IMG/VR virus record: IMGVR_UViG_3300009181_000094
Location: 1 to 54,153 of that record
Strand: one strand, 5' to 3'
DNA from: a virus
Lineage: Duplodnaviria > Caudoviricetes
DNA length: 54,153 nt
Below are positions 21,201 to 29,868 of this stretch, piece after piece. The position numbers and the translations under genes are program-made. The notes under the pieces were generated by a model. That model worked only from the letters and a program-made list of their open reading frames with translations. It did not search any database and had not been told where the DNA came from. Position 1 is the first letter of the stretch, and every line of letters starts with the position of its first letter.

Positions 21201-21625
21201 TGTATCAAAACAACATCAATCCAATTACCTTTATTCCAGGTATTGGTATTACCAACTTTGGTAACAAAACACGTCAAGGTGCCACAACAGCACTGGATCG
21301 TATCAACGTTGCACGACTGATCTGTTTCTTGCGTGGACGTTTGGAAGAGATTGGCAAACTGTATTTGTTTGAACCCAATGATCAAATCACACGCAATGAG
21401 ATCACCAACACTGTGAACAGTTTGATGATTGACTTGATTGCCAAACGTGCTATCTATGACTACCTGGTGGTTTGCGACTTGAGTAACAACACTCCTGCAC
21501 GTATTGACCGCAATGAGTTGTGGGTTGACGTGGCTATCGAGCCAGTGAAAGCAGTGGAGTTTATCTACATTCCACTGCGTATCAAGAATACTGGTGAAAT
21601 TGCAGGCGGCAGTGCAGCACAGTGA
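18299..21625 (+). CDS. gp18: Tail sheath protein (gp18-like), 1108 aa
   Basis: LVSPGVEV.IIDES N-terminus; C-terminal PWLAPAG.RRG, INPI, NFGNKT, LDRINVARL, LFEPND, IEPVKAVEFIYIP. Confidence 0.95.
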   Translation: MALVSPGVEVQIIDESQYIPSAVNTVPYFLIATAQNKADAAGVGVAAGTTAANANKTYLITSQRDLAATFGVPFFYNTTTGTPINGYELNEYGLLAAYSSLGVTNRAYVQRVDIDLTELSASLSRPTGDPANGTYWLDTSTSTWGVFQWNQTTGEFTNYVPIVITDTADVVNYAGGNYTPLTTIGTIGDYAVTAVALGNGGWYKNMDNVWVYVGSDDWKLSWPTLQGSVSNPSLAGTFGYNMYINGQLVAVPAGQTVSAFSTAINAALPYGTYGFYTEVVDGKLTFYADSTATNDGSTADGGIVSITPGPNNGVALLAALGIEAIEYLTPEYFPGYSYQAPRWRTTDTSPRPTGSVWQNLSSANNGLSLKIKQYSAALATWITQTVAPYANDAAANYALDPSGGGKNIPIGTTYTVYNASAYTYNPSSSFQIFERAALGATVVTGDVLNPTFVNGNSFQLSASVAGSSTFTNYTVTLTGTTPSAFVSSVSAANIPYVSASVNSAGAIVFTHSQGGTMLVTNLTGTPITTAGFLTTTQYVHASNTTAGQLVLSNWVTDPEFTYTASTTAPDQNPTDGRYWYYSSVSDVDIMIQDNGIWQGYQNVTNDTRGFDLTLTNASGPIVAATAPLTQNNAAESPLVYGDLWVDTSDLENYPRLYRWQSVSGTDQWVAIDTTDQTTQNGVLFADARWSTSGATNPVTDALPTIESLLTSDHLDLDAPDPALYPQGMLLWNTRRSGYNVKAFTTNYFTTANYPDAGAYNPAAPTNNANLPNYSYTWVTASGNKADGSMYSGRQAQRALVVAALKSGIDTSLAAREEQNQFNLIATPAYPELAVNMVALSNERANTLFVVGDTPMRLAGNGTDLATYATDNGGLGLSTGDGLTIGSAYAAVFYPSCQTTDLSGNTVVTAPSHMMMRTILRSDAVSYPWLAPAGTRRGVVDNATAIGYINSATGEFVQIAVSQGLRDVLYQNNINPITFIPGIGITNFGNKTRQGATTALDRINVARLICFLRGRLEEIGKLYLFEPNDQITRNEITNTVNSLMIDLIAKRAIYDYLVVCDLSNNTPARIDRNELWVDVAIEPVKAVEFIYIPLRIKNTGEIAGGSAAQ

Positions 21626-21633
21626 TGAAACAG

Positions 21634-21658
21634 GGGGCCTTTTTGAAGGCCTCCATTT
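21634..21658 (+). terminator. Stem-loop after the sheath gene
   Basis: GGGGGCCTT-TTTG-AAGGCCTCC-ATTT. Confidence 0.5.
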
Positions 21659-21662
21659 CAGG

Positions 21663-21668
21663 TAAATA
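21663..21668 (+). promoter_or_regulatory. Late promoter TAAATA for the tail tube gene
   Basis: Upstream of AGGAG SD and ATG 21690. Confidence 0.65.
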
Positions 21669-21689
21669 AAACAACAGGAGAAATAACAA

Positions 21690-22314
21690 ATGGCAGTTTC
21701 ATCATTACAGAGAATGACAGTACCCTTGGCAAGTGACCAAAGCTCACCAACCCAAGGTCTGTTGATGCCCAAACTCAAATATCGCTTTAGAGTGATGTTT
21801 GAAAATCTTGGCGTGAGCACACCAAGAACAGAATTGACCAAACAAGTTGTGAGCTTTGCTCGTCCCAATTTGACATTTGAAGAAATTTCATTGCCAATTT
21901 ACAACTCAACATTAAAACTGGCAGGTCGTCATGCCTGGGCCGACACCACATGCAGTCTGCGTGATGATGCGTCTGGTCAAGTCAGCAGATTGGTTGGCGA
22001 ACAGTTGCAGAAGCAAATGGATTTCTTGGAAATGAGTTCAGCAGCGTCTGGTATTGATTACAAGTTCACAACCAAAGTTGAAATCCTACGGTGGCAACGG
22101 TGCCAACGAACCAGTGGTGTTGGAAACATGGGAACTGTATGGCTGCTACCTCAAAGGTGCCAACTATGGCGACTTGAACTATGGCACTAACGAAGCTGCC
22201 ACAATCGAACTCAGCATTGCTTACGACAACGCCAATCAGACACCTGAAGGCACTGGAGTTGGTACTGCAGTTGGCAGAACTTTAGGCGACGTGGTAACCG
22301 GCGCAGGCGTCTAA
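21690..22314 (+). CDS. gp19: Tail tube protein (gp19-like), frameshifted near 22089
   Basis: PKLKYRFRV...RP.L...LAGRHAW in the first frame; GGNG...ETWELYGCYL...YGDLNY...IAYDNA in the +1 frame; follows the sheath gene. Confidence 0.8.
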
Positions 22315-22316
22315 AC

Positions 22317-23495
22317 ATGCCAACGTTCGGCCAGGACTTTTTAAAAGGGTTCTACGGCAACAACAGCTTGCGTGACTACCAACACGCAAGCCGTACATTT
22401 ACTACCAACGCCTACGAACTCAAACCCCGATTCAAGTTTCTCTTTCATGTCAGCTTCACGCTGAACGTGCAAGAGATTCCTGCATTGCGTGGTGCAATGG
22501 GCAACGATGACATAACCAGTTTGAGTTACATTGTCAAAACAGCAGACTTGCCCAAGTATAATATCGAAAACGAAACACTGAGTCAATACAATCGCAAACG
22601 TGTGATTCAGAAAAAAATCAACTATGAGCCTTGCACCATTGTGTTTCATGACGACGGTGGTGATGTGTCTCGTAACATGTGGTACAACTACATGGCCTAC
22701 TACTACAAAGATCCAAGCCAACAGTATCTAGCACCCAACAACACCAACGGCAGCATTGGTCCCAGTGCCAATCGTCAAGCAGGATTTGGATACAATGCTA
22801 GGGACATCTACAATGATGTGCGACAAGTCAACGATTGGGGCTACATCGGCGAATCGTTCAATGATGGCACTAGCACAGCATCTGGCAAACCACCATTCTT
22901 CCGAGACATTAGAATTTACGGCATGGACCAGCACAAGTTTGCTGAGTATGTGCTGATCAATCCATTAATCACAAACTGGAGTCATGATCAATACAGCTAT
23001 GCTGAAGGTGCTGGCATCATGCAAAACTCAATGACCATTGCGTATGAAACTGTGAAGTATTACACAGGTGCTGTGGGCAAACGTCAACAAGGTGGAGACA
23101 CCAATGTGCAAGGATTTGCAGATCATGCGCACTATGACACCACTACCAGTCCTTTGTCAAGAGCAGGTGGTGTTGCCACAGTGTTTGGCCAAGGCGGCTT
23201 GTTGGATGCTGGTGTTGGTATCTTGGAAGACTTGCAAAGCGGCAGTGTGTTGGGTTTGATTGGTGCAGCACAAAAAGCTGGCCGAACCTACAACACATTC
23301 AAAGGCAAGAACTTGGCAGCCATCACCAAGAGCGAAGCAACGGCCATTGGCACAAACACTGTGATACAAGCATTGCCAGGCGCCACCAGAGCAGTGGCCA
23401 ATCGTGCTGACGGCTGGATATTCCCTCAAGCACAAGCCCAGCGGCAAGCCGCAGCACAAGCACAAGGTAGAAACAATCCCAATCCTGGAGCATAA
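22317..23495 (+). CDS. Tail tube-related/baseplate initiator protein (gp48/gp54-like)
   Basis: Tube-like fold motifs (DLPKY...QYNRKR...YEP..I.FHDD...NP.IT.W.HD...YE.V.Y); follows the tube gene. Confidence 0.6.
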   Translation: MPTFGQDFLKGFYGNNSLRDYQHASRTFTTNAYELKPRFKFLFHVSFTLNVQEIPALRGAMGNDDITSLSYIVKTADLPKYNIENETLSQYNRKRVIQKKINYEPCTIVFHDDGGDVSRNMWYNYMAYYYKDPSQQYLAPNNTNGSIGPSANRQAGFGYNARDIYNDVRQVNDWGYIGESFNDGTSTASGKPPFFRDIRIYGMDQHKFAEYVLINPLITNWSHDQYSYAEGAGIMQNSMTIAYETVKYYTGAVGKRQQGGDTNVQGFADHAHYDTTTSPLSRAGGVATVFGQGGLLDAGVGILEDLQSGSVLGLIGAAQKAGRTYNTFKGKNLAAITKSEATAIGTNTVIQALPGATRAVANRADGWIFPQAQAQRQAAAQAQGRNNPNPGA

Positions 23496-23498
23496 TTC

Positions 23499-23858
23499 GT
23501 GAGCACAGTAAATTACGCAAATCCCAACACAGACCTAACAGTCAGAGTGTTTGACAGTTTCTATGATTACGATGTCAACGTTCCTGTCAACGAATATGAT
23601 GCAGTGCATAGTTACTTTCTGTCACAAATGACATCACGAGTAGCTGCTGGAAACTTTACTGTGAGCTTGTTCAGAGTGTCAGAAAGCACCGGTATACCAG
23701 CACTGACATTGTTGCAACAGATGCAGGGCAACAACGGTGTCAATATCAATGTCAACATGGCCTACTACTTGAATCAAATTCGCAGCAGAGCCACGTTGTT
23801 GGGTGTGGGGGCAGCAGTTACTCCCAACTACTATCAGGCCAGAAACATATTGTCATGA
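23499..23858 (+). CDS. Hypothetical protein (morphogenesis cluster)
   Basis: GGAG SD with GTG start; overlaps the next start (ATGA). Confidence 0.65.
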   Translation: MSTVNYANPNTDLTVRVFDSFYDYDVNVPVNEYDAVHSYFLSQMTSRVAAGNFTVSLFRVSESTGIPALTLLQQMQGNNGVNINVNMAYYLNQIRSRATLLGVGAAVTPNYYQARNILS

Positions 23859-24286
23859 GTCACTGGGCACAAGGTCCTTACACAGTGATCAACACAGCCA
23901 AGTATGTGGGCAACGGCACACCGCGTTATAGATCAGGTTGGGAACTGAGCTTTATGAAATTTTGTGACACCAATGACAATGTGTTGCAGTGGGCGTCAGA
24001 GAGCATTGCTATTCCCTATCGGCATCCACTCACAGGCAAGATGACACAGTATATTCCGGACTTTTTGATCACTTACAGAACTCGCAACAACACTGTGAAA
24101 GCAGAGTTGATCGAGATCAAACCCAAAAAGCAAAGCGTGATTGAATCAAAAATGAGCAACAAAGACCGTGCTATTGTGGCCATAAACTATGCCAAATGGG
24201 ATGCCGCAACCAAGTGGGCCAGAAGCAACGGCTTGACTTTTCGCGTGATTACCGAGAACGATATGTTTCACAACGGCAAGTCTTGA
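23855..24286 (+). CDS. gp4: Head completion nuclease (T4 gp4-like, TnsA-like PD-(D/E)xK)
   Basis: YRSGWE..FM.FCD...WASE..IPY...Y.PDF...EIKP...N.AKW.AA...F..ITE. Confidence 0.9.
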   Translation: MSHWAQGPYTVINTAKYVGNGTPRYRSGWELSFMKFCDTNDNVLQWASESIAIPYRHPLTGKMTQYIPDFLITYRTRNNTVKAELIEIKPKKQSVIESKMSNKDRAIVAINYAKWDAATKWARSNGLTFRVITENDMFHNGKS

Positions 24287-24290
24287 CCCA

Positions 24291-24296
24291 TAAATA
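24291..24296 (+). promoter_or_regulatory. Late promoter TAAATA (leaderless arrangement)
   Basis: TAAATA-GGGC-ATG. Confidence 0.65.
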
Positions 24297-24300
24297 GGGC

Positions 24301-24822
24301 ATGACTCGTAAACTCGAAGAACTGTTTGAATTACCTCCCGCCGAAGATGCTCCTGCTGCGGATGTTGGCTCTCCCCCAGTAGAAGATCTACGCACTCAAT
24401 TACAAACCCTGGACGAAACCATAGACAAAGTAGATGCTGCTTTGCCCGGCGTGCGTGGCTTGGAAAGCAGTGATGAAGAAATGGATGGCTTGGCCGAACT
24501 GGCCAAAGACAGCTACAAAGACCTCATGGATCTTGGCATGCAAGTTGATTCAAGATTTGCCAGTGAAATATTCTCAGTGGCTTCAAACATGCTGGGACAT
24601 GCTATCACAGCAAAAACAGCCAAGTTAGACAAAAAACTCAAAATGATTGACTTGCAGATGAAAAAGATCCGATTGGATCAACAACAGCAAGTTATTGACT
24701 CTAAGAAAATTGAAGCCGGCGACGGTGAAGCCATGCAAACAGCACAGGGCATGGTGTTGAGTCGCAATGATCTGCTGGATCGACTGCTGGCCGGCAAAGA
24801 CCAAAAAGATAAAAAAGAATAA
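24301..24822 (+). CDS. Probable terminase small subunit (gp16-like)
   Basis: 173 aa, helical/coiled-coil, with a RFASEIFSVAS segment and C-terminal SRNDLL like gp16-type proteins; late promoter. Inferred. Confidence 0.5.
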   Translation: MTRKLEELFELPPAEDAPAADVGSPPVEDLRTQLQTLDETIDKVDAALPGVRGLESSDEEMDGLAELAKDSYKDLMDLGMQVDSRFASEIFSVASNMLGHAITAKTAKLDKKLKMIDLQMKKIRLDQQQQVIDSKKIEAGDGEAMQTAQGMVLSRNDLLDRLLAGKDQKDKKE

Positions 24823-24842
24823 ATATGATACAGGAACCTGAT

Positions 24843-25451
24843 ATGAAACCATTTGCACATTACCTAGCCGAAAGCGAACGTACCTACAACTATCGTATCA
24901 AACTGCTGGGTAAACCGCCTGGTGATTTGGTCGCACAGTTGAAGAAAAAGTTGGATCAATTTGATCCTGTCAAGATGGGTGAACCCAAGACCACCCCTAT
25001 ACAGATCATTCCCACTGACTTTCCCAATCACAAAAACGACTCAGTAACAATGTTTGATGTGAGCTTCAAGTATCCAGCCATCGAACCACAGATCAAACAA
25101 CTGGCACAGTTATTGGGCTTTGATCCCAATCACATCATCATGCAGACCACACCATATGTGGATGGCTTGGTGGATGAGTATGAACGGATTGATGCCGAAA
25201 GCAAAGACTTGCTGAATGACACAGACTATCCTGCTCCTGATGCAGAACAACGGGCCTTGAGCAAAGATTATGCTACTGGTCCTTATGATCATGCTGTGTT
25301 GAAAAATGCTTACCGTTCAGACTTCACCGTGGCTGGTGGCAAGACACCTCCTGCCAAAACCACAAATGATATTCCAATGGGCAACAAGAGCCCAATGACC
25401 AAGATCAATCGCCCCGCAAAGCCAGCCACTGGCGCACAACCAAGAGGATAA
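24843..25451 (+). CDS. Putative internal head/prohead protein
   Basis: N-terminal MKPFAHYLAE resembles the T4 capsid-targeting sequence; TAAATA at 24820 and AGGA SD. Confidence 0.55.
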   Translation: MKPFAHYLAESERTYNYRIKLLGKPPGDLVAQLKKKLDQFDPVKMGEPKTTPIQIIPTDFPNHKNDSVTMFDVSFKYPAIEPQIKQLAQLLGFDPNHIIMQTTPYVDGLVDEYERIDAESKDLLNDTDYPAPDAEQRALSKDYATGPYDHAVLKNAYRSDFTVAGGKTPPAKTTNDIPMGNKSPMTKINRPAKPATGAQPRG

Positions 25452-25455
25452 TACA

Positions 25456-27729
25456 ATGAGTTTCTTTTATGATTTAAACAAAAAACTAGACGCCATCCGC
25501 GAAACACCAAGCAAGACACATGGTCAGTTAAATGAGCGCGACATGGGCAAGCACAATAATGCCACCACAGGGTTCAAAGCCTTGGCTGACAAAGCCGGCA
25601 AAGAATATGGCTCAAAGGCTGCTGGCGAGCGTGTGGCTGGTGCTGTCAAGGCCAAGATGGCCAAGGCTGGCAAGTTGGAAGAAGAAGGCATGAGCCGTGC
25701 TGCCAAGGGTTATGAAAAATACGGCAAAGAAGGCATGGAAGCATTGGCCAAGGCTGGTCGTGATGGCAAAGCCCTTGATCCTATTAGAAAAAAGTACGAC
25801 AAGTATGACAATAAAGAAGTAGATGAAGGCGTCATGGACACAGTAAAGAACGTTGGCAAGCGAGTTGCCAGCGGTGTCAACCGGTTAGTTGGACATGGCA
25901 GTGATGAAGACATGATCAAAGACCTGCAACGCAAGTCAGGTGCTCCTGTCACAGGCAAGAAGCCAGCCACTGCACCAAAACAAAAGCCAATGCATCCAGC
26001 AGATGAATATGATTACTTTACTGGACGTGATAAGGTGCGTGGTGGTGAGCAACAAGTCAAAGAAAAACTAAGTCCAGCAAAACAAAAAAGTTTTGCAGCA
26101 TTGGCACCTCCCACAGACAAAATCACTTTTGCTGACAAGATTGCTGGCGCCAAAAAAGAAGTTGACGAGATGCTGGGTGATGTGGCTGCCGAAGCCATGC
26201 GTAATGCATTGAGCCCCAAGCAAAAGAAAATTGACATGAACAAAAATGGCAAACTAGATGCCAATGACTTTGCTATGTTGCGCAAAGGTTCTAAATCTAA
26301 ATCCAGTGGTGAAATGGACGAAGAACGTTCAAAAGGCACTGCATTTGACTTGTCAAGCCCAAGAGAAGTCAAACCCAAAGTTGGTTCAGTTGAACGTGGT
26401 CACAAGCATGATATCAAGCACACTGCTACAGGCCGTATGGTCACACGCCGTACAGATGATCAAGGCAACTCAGTTGGTGCAGACGATGACTCAGATACAC
26501 AAGCAGGACCACGTGGACGTGGACGTCCCAAGGGCACAAAAGGCGCTATTGGTGCCAAAGGACCCAGCGGCACAAGCAAGTTGATGACTCGTGAAGGTGA
26601 CAATGAAAGCAGCGAATTAAAAGCCGCCATGGCATTGCTGAAGAAGTCTGGTTACAAAGTGACCAAGGCTGAAGGTGAAGAACAAGAGCTTGATGAAAAA
26701 GCAGTGAGCAAAAAACAACAAAAATTCATGGGCATGGTTCATGCAACTCAAAAGGGCGAAAAAGCCCCCAGTAAAGAAGTTGCCAAAGTGGCCAAGACCA
26801 TGAAGAAATCGGACGCTGAAGACTTTGCCAGCACCAAGCACAAAGGCTTGCCAGAAAAAGCACCCAAGAAGAAAAAAGAAGAATCAGTTGAAGAATCTGG
26901 TACCACTAGTGGATCAGTTGCGACCAGCACTGCTACTGGTGGCAAGGGTGGAGTATTTGGCAAAGGCATTTATGACTCAATGAACTTTGAACTGGAACAA
27001 ATGATTGCTGAATCAATGAGCGTGAATATGAGTGACTCAACAGAAGGTGGTAAGAGTTTGACCATCACTGCCACAGACGAAGATGCACTCAAACTGGGCA
27101 TGATGTTGAAGAATGCCGGACTTGGTGGTGGAGATGCACACGGCGGCGACATGCACTCACATGCGGAAGAGCCATGTGAAACATGCGGCATGCCTGATTG
27201 TGGTTGCGGTGATGTTGAACAAGCAGTGGATGAAAATGCTCCTGATTGGCCCACAAACACTGAAACTTCTCCTGATGCATTGCAATATGCAGGCGGATTG
27301 AACAAGCCCAAAACAGACATAAACGGTGACGGACAAACTACCATTCCTAACCAAGCAGTTCACACACAAGACGAAAACATGCTACACAGACTCAGAGAAA
27401 TGGCCGGTATCAAACAATCTGAACTTGAGCCATGGAAAGAAACCATGAAGGAACAAGCTGAAGAAGAACTTGATGAAAGCAAAGAATGTTCTACATGCCA
27501 CAAGGCTCCTTGCGAGTGCGATGAAGATGTAGAAGAAAGTTTTCTTGAAAGCATCAAACGCATGCGAGAAATTGCTGGAATCCAAGAAGCCAAAAAACCA
27601 GACTTCTTGGACATGGACAAAGATGGCGACAAAAAAGAGCCCATGAGCAAAGCTGTCAAAGACAAAGAAAAGAAAGTTGATGAAAGCATTTTTGCGCTCA
27701 CCAACCAATGGAAAGCATACCGGGGGTAA
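25456..27729 (+). CDS. Large charged modular protein, probable internal head polyprotein
   Basis: Lys/Glu-rich, many (L/V/M)xE sites, DUF3008-like segment (AVSKKQQKFMGM...FASTKHKGLPEK), AT-hook RGRGRPKG, DxDxDG loops, Cys clusters. Confidence 0.6.
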   Translation: MSFFYDLNKKLDAIRETPSKTHGQLNERDMGKHNNATTGFKALADKAGKEYGSKAAGERVAGAVKAKMAKAGKLEEEGMSRAAKGYEKYGKEGMEALAKAGRDGKALDPIRKKYDKYDNKEVDEGVMDTVKNVGKRVASGVNRLVGHGSDEDMIKDLQRKSGAPVTGKKPATAPKQKPMHPADEYDYFTGRDKVRGGEQQVKEKLSPAKQKSFAALAPPTDKITFADKIAGAKKEVDEMLGDVAAEAMRNALSPKQKKIDMNKNGKLDANDFAMLRKGSKSKSSGEMDEERSKGTAFDLSSPREVKPKVGSVERGHKHDIKHTATGRMVTRRTDDQGNSVGADDDSDTQAGPRGRGRPKGTKGAIGAKGPSGTSKLMTREGDNESSELKAAMALLKKSGYKVTKAEGEEQELDEKAVSKKQQKFMGMVHATQKGEKAPSKEVAKVAKTMKKSDAEDFASTKHKGLPEKAPKKKKEESVEESGTTSGSVATSTATGGKGGVFGKGIYDSMNFELEQMIAESMSVNMSDSTEGGKSLTITATDEDALKLGMMLKNAGLGGGDAHGGDMHSHAEEPCETCGMPDCGCGDVEQAVDENAPDWPTNTETSPDALQYAGGLNKPKTDINGDGQTTIPNQAVHTQDENMLHRLREMAGIKQSELEPWKETMKEQAEEELDESKECSTCHKAPCECDEDVEESFLESIKRMREIAGIQEAKKPDFLDMDKDGDKKEPMSKAVKDKEKKVDESIFALTNQWKAYRG

Positions 27730-27732
27730 ACA

Positions 27733-27921
27733 ATGAGTACAAACAACATGATGAGACCTTACAGTGAAGTGGCAGCAGAACTTGCACAGCGCAATGCCAA
27801 CAACTATGTGCCACCTGCTGTGCCTAGTGTGAAACAAACACCTGTGGAAATTCCAGGCGTGATGTATCAAGCACGAGAACTATTTCAACCCATAGTTTCT
27901 AACCCCAAAGGTGACCAATAA
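27733..27921 (+). CDS. Small hypothetical protein (62 aa)
   Basis: GGGG SD; TAATG coupling to the next gene. Confidence 0.55.
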   Translation: MSTNNMMRPYSEVAAELAQRNANNYVPPAVPSVKQTPVEIPGVMYQARELFQPIVSNPKGDQ

Positions 27922-28250
27922 TGGCTGTGCAAGTTGTAAATGCAATAGGAAACACACTGTGGACCACTGACAAAGTGGAATTTGCCACCACACTCAGCAA
28001 TGTGACATTTCAAGTGAGTGCTGTGCAGTTGACCTATGCTCAGGCCAATGGCACACCAGCCAATGCCACCATGCCCGCAGGTCTACCAGGCAACATCTAT
28101 GCCAATGCTGTGGCTGTGCCTGGCAACACTGTGTCACAATACTATGTGGGTGCAGGCAACTATTTGTATATTCTCACAGGTACTGGCGGATTTACTGCCA
28201 CTGCATTGGGCACTGCAACCAGTGCCACTGCTGGCAGCAACGGAATCTAA
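27921..28250 (+). CDS. Small Ala/Thr/Gly-rich putative virion protein
   Basis: AAGGTG SD; composition like decoration/structural proteins. Confidence 0.55.
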   Translation: MAVQVVNAIGNTLWTTDKVEFATTLSNVTFQVSAVQLTYAQANGTPANATMPAGLPGNIYANAVAVPGNTVSQYYVGAGNYLYILTGTGGFTATALGTATSATAGSNGI

Positions 28251-28252
28251 CA

Positions 28253-28627
28253 GTGAGAGCCACTGAGTTCCTTGTTGAAAAACAACAAGGTCACATGCGT
28301 CATAGATATCACCAGGCCACCCGTGGACTAAACAAGTTCCGTGACCCAGGTGGGTATGATCGTGCCTATGAACTCAATCGTGTGATGATGGCAGTGGCCT
28401 GTGCTGATGGCAGTAATAAACCTATAGACATGGACTCGGCCAGTTGGGTAGGCAAGTACAACACAGCAAATCCTTACACTGATGAAGAATCAAAAATGAT
28501 GAAGCAGGCATTCAAAGCTGTGGGCAGCGAAACACATGACATGAATCATGGCGATAATCGCAGCCAAGAGCCTGGTGATACAAACAAAATCAGTCCGGTA
28601 GCAGCATTCAAAGGATATCCCCGATGA
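28253..28627 (+). CDS. Putative internal head protein, paralog A
   Basis: Starts MRATEFLVE (targeting-sequence-like) and ends SPVAAFKGYPR. Confidence 0.6.
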   Translation: MRATEFLVEKQQGHMRHRYHQATRGLNKFRDPGGYDRAYELNRVMMAVACADGSNKPIDMDSASWVGKYNTANPYTDEESKMMKQAFKAVGSETHDMNHGDNRSQEPGDTNKISPVAAFKGYPR

Positions 28628-29010
28628 GAGCTAAAGAGTTCCTTAAGGAACAAACAACATTGCCTCCTGAACAAGCAGATCCCATGAATCACGTGTTTAC
28701 ATTGCCTGGAGTGCAATCTAGCGACCCATATCAGATTTATCGACTGGGTGTGGCCATGGCTCGTGCCAGAAGTGATGCTGGCACGAATGATCCAATTCCA
28801 TTCATGCCAGAATGGTCTCCCAGGGCTGCATTTGGAGAAGATGCGGTGGTTGCTGGTTTTAATGCCACTGTTGAACCCATAATTGACCAAGCATTGAAAA
28901 TGGCTGGCTTGCCTGCTACAAAAGTGCAAATTAGCACTCCAAACAGTTTAGAACCTGCATCTGTGTTAAAACAAAGTCCTGTCAAGCCATTTGCTGGCTA
29001 CCCCCGTTAA
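28624..29010 (+). CDS. Putative internal head protein, paralog B
   Basis: Starts MRAKEFLKE and ends SPVKPFAGYPR; YxxxR..(M/V)A(V/M)A core shared with paralog A. Confidence 0.6.
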   Translation: MRAKEFLKEQTTLPPEQADPMNHVFTLPGVQSSDPYQIYRLGVAMARARSDAGTNDPIPFMPEWSPRAAFGEDAVVAGFNATVEPIIDQALKMAGLPATKVQISTPNSLEPASVLKQSPVKPFAGYPR

Positions 29011-29029
29011 CCAATCAATAAATATCCAT

Positions 29030-29836
29030 ATGAAAAAACTTTTATTTGTGCTGTTGCTCACAGCCTTTAACTCAGCACAGGCCTGGGACCAAACAGCCCC
29101 ACTAGCAGTTGACCACTGCAAAGCACACAATCCTTACGGTTGGGCACAGACTTCAAAACAAGTCACAGCCATTTGCCGTAGAGCATATTTTGTGGCATAC
29201 GATGCAGCCGCAAAGATTCCCAACTATGTAACATACACACTGACCCCACCCAATGCCTTGGGATGCTGGCCAAGAACCAATGCGTTTGTAGCAGATGCCT
29301 CAGTGCCCAATGGGCCACGTCCAGATGACTATGCTGGCACAGGCTACGACAAAGGTCATGCTGCTCCTGATGGCGACTTATCATGGGATCAACAAGTAGA
29401 GTACGAGTCATTCCTAATGACCAATATGTATCCGCAACTGGGTGGATTGAATCGTGGCATTTGGAAACTGTTGGAAACGTCAGTGCGTGGCTGGACTGTG
29501 CAACAAAATCAGGTGTATACAATCTATGTGGGTGCTGTGTATGACACTGCCACTGACAAAAAGATTGGCAACGGTGTTGTGGTGCCCACAGGCTTCTACA
29601 AGATTGTGATCAATCAAGCCACAGGTGCCATGGCTGGCTGGTATTTCCGGCATGAAGGCGGACAAGGCAATGACTTGACCCGGGCCCGTGCTGCTATCTC
29701 AGCAATCCAAAACAAAGCAGGAGTGAAGTTTGCTTATCCTGCCAATGCGCATGAACTGCCTATTGGACAAGAATGGCCCGTGGACTTTGGCGCACTAACA
29801 AATGCCAAACGTGCCAAGTGCAAATCTGCCGAATAA
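29030..29836 (+). CDS. DNA/RNA non-specific endonuclease (NucA/Serratia type) with signal peptide
   Basis: YDKGHAAP active-site motif, TNMYPQ...NRGIW..LE, VPTGFYK; N-terminal MKKLLFVLLLTAFNSAQA; TAAATA at 29019. Confidence 0.9.
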   Translation: MKKLLFVLLLTAFNSAQAWDQTAPLAVDHCKAHNPYGWAQTSKQVTAICRRAYFVAYDAAAKIPNYVTYTLTPPNALGCWPRTNAFVADASVPNGPRPDDYAGTGYDKGHAAPDGDLSWDQQVEYESFLMTNMYPQLGGLNRGIWKLLETSVRGWTVQQNQVYTIYVGAVYDTATDKKIGNGVVVPTGFYKIVINQATGAMAGWYFRHEGGQGNDLTRARAAISAIQNKAGVKFAYPANAHELPIGQEWPVDFGALTNAKRAKCKSAE

Positions 29837-29868
29837 TACTCAACACCATTTGCACATGTAAATAATGC

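Noticed and set aside
21002-21868. 288-aa minus-strand ORF
   Set aside because: It overlaps the conserved sheath C-terminus and tube start on the opposite strand, and has no recognisable motif.
23855-24286. TnsA transposase of a Tn7-like element
   Set aside because: The motifs and context match T4 gp4 head-completion nuclease; there is no tnsB/C and no terminal repeats.
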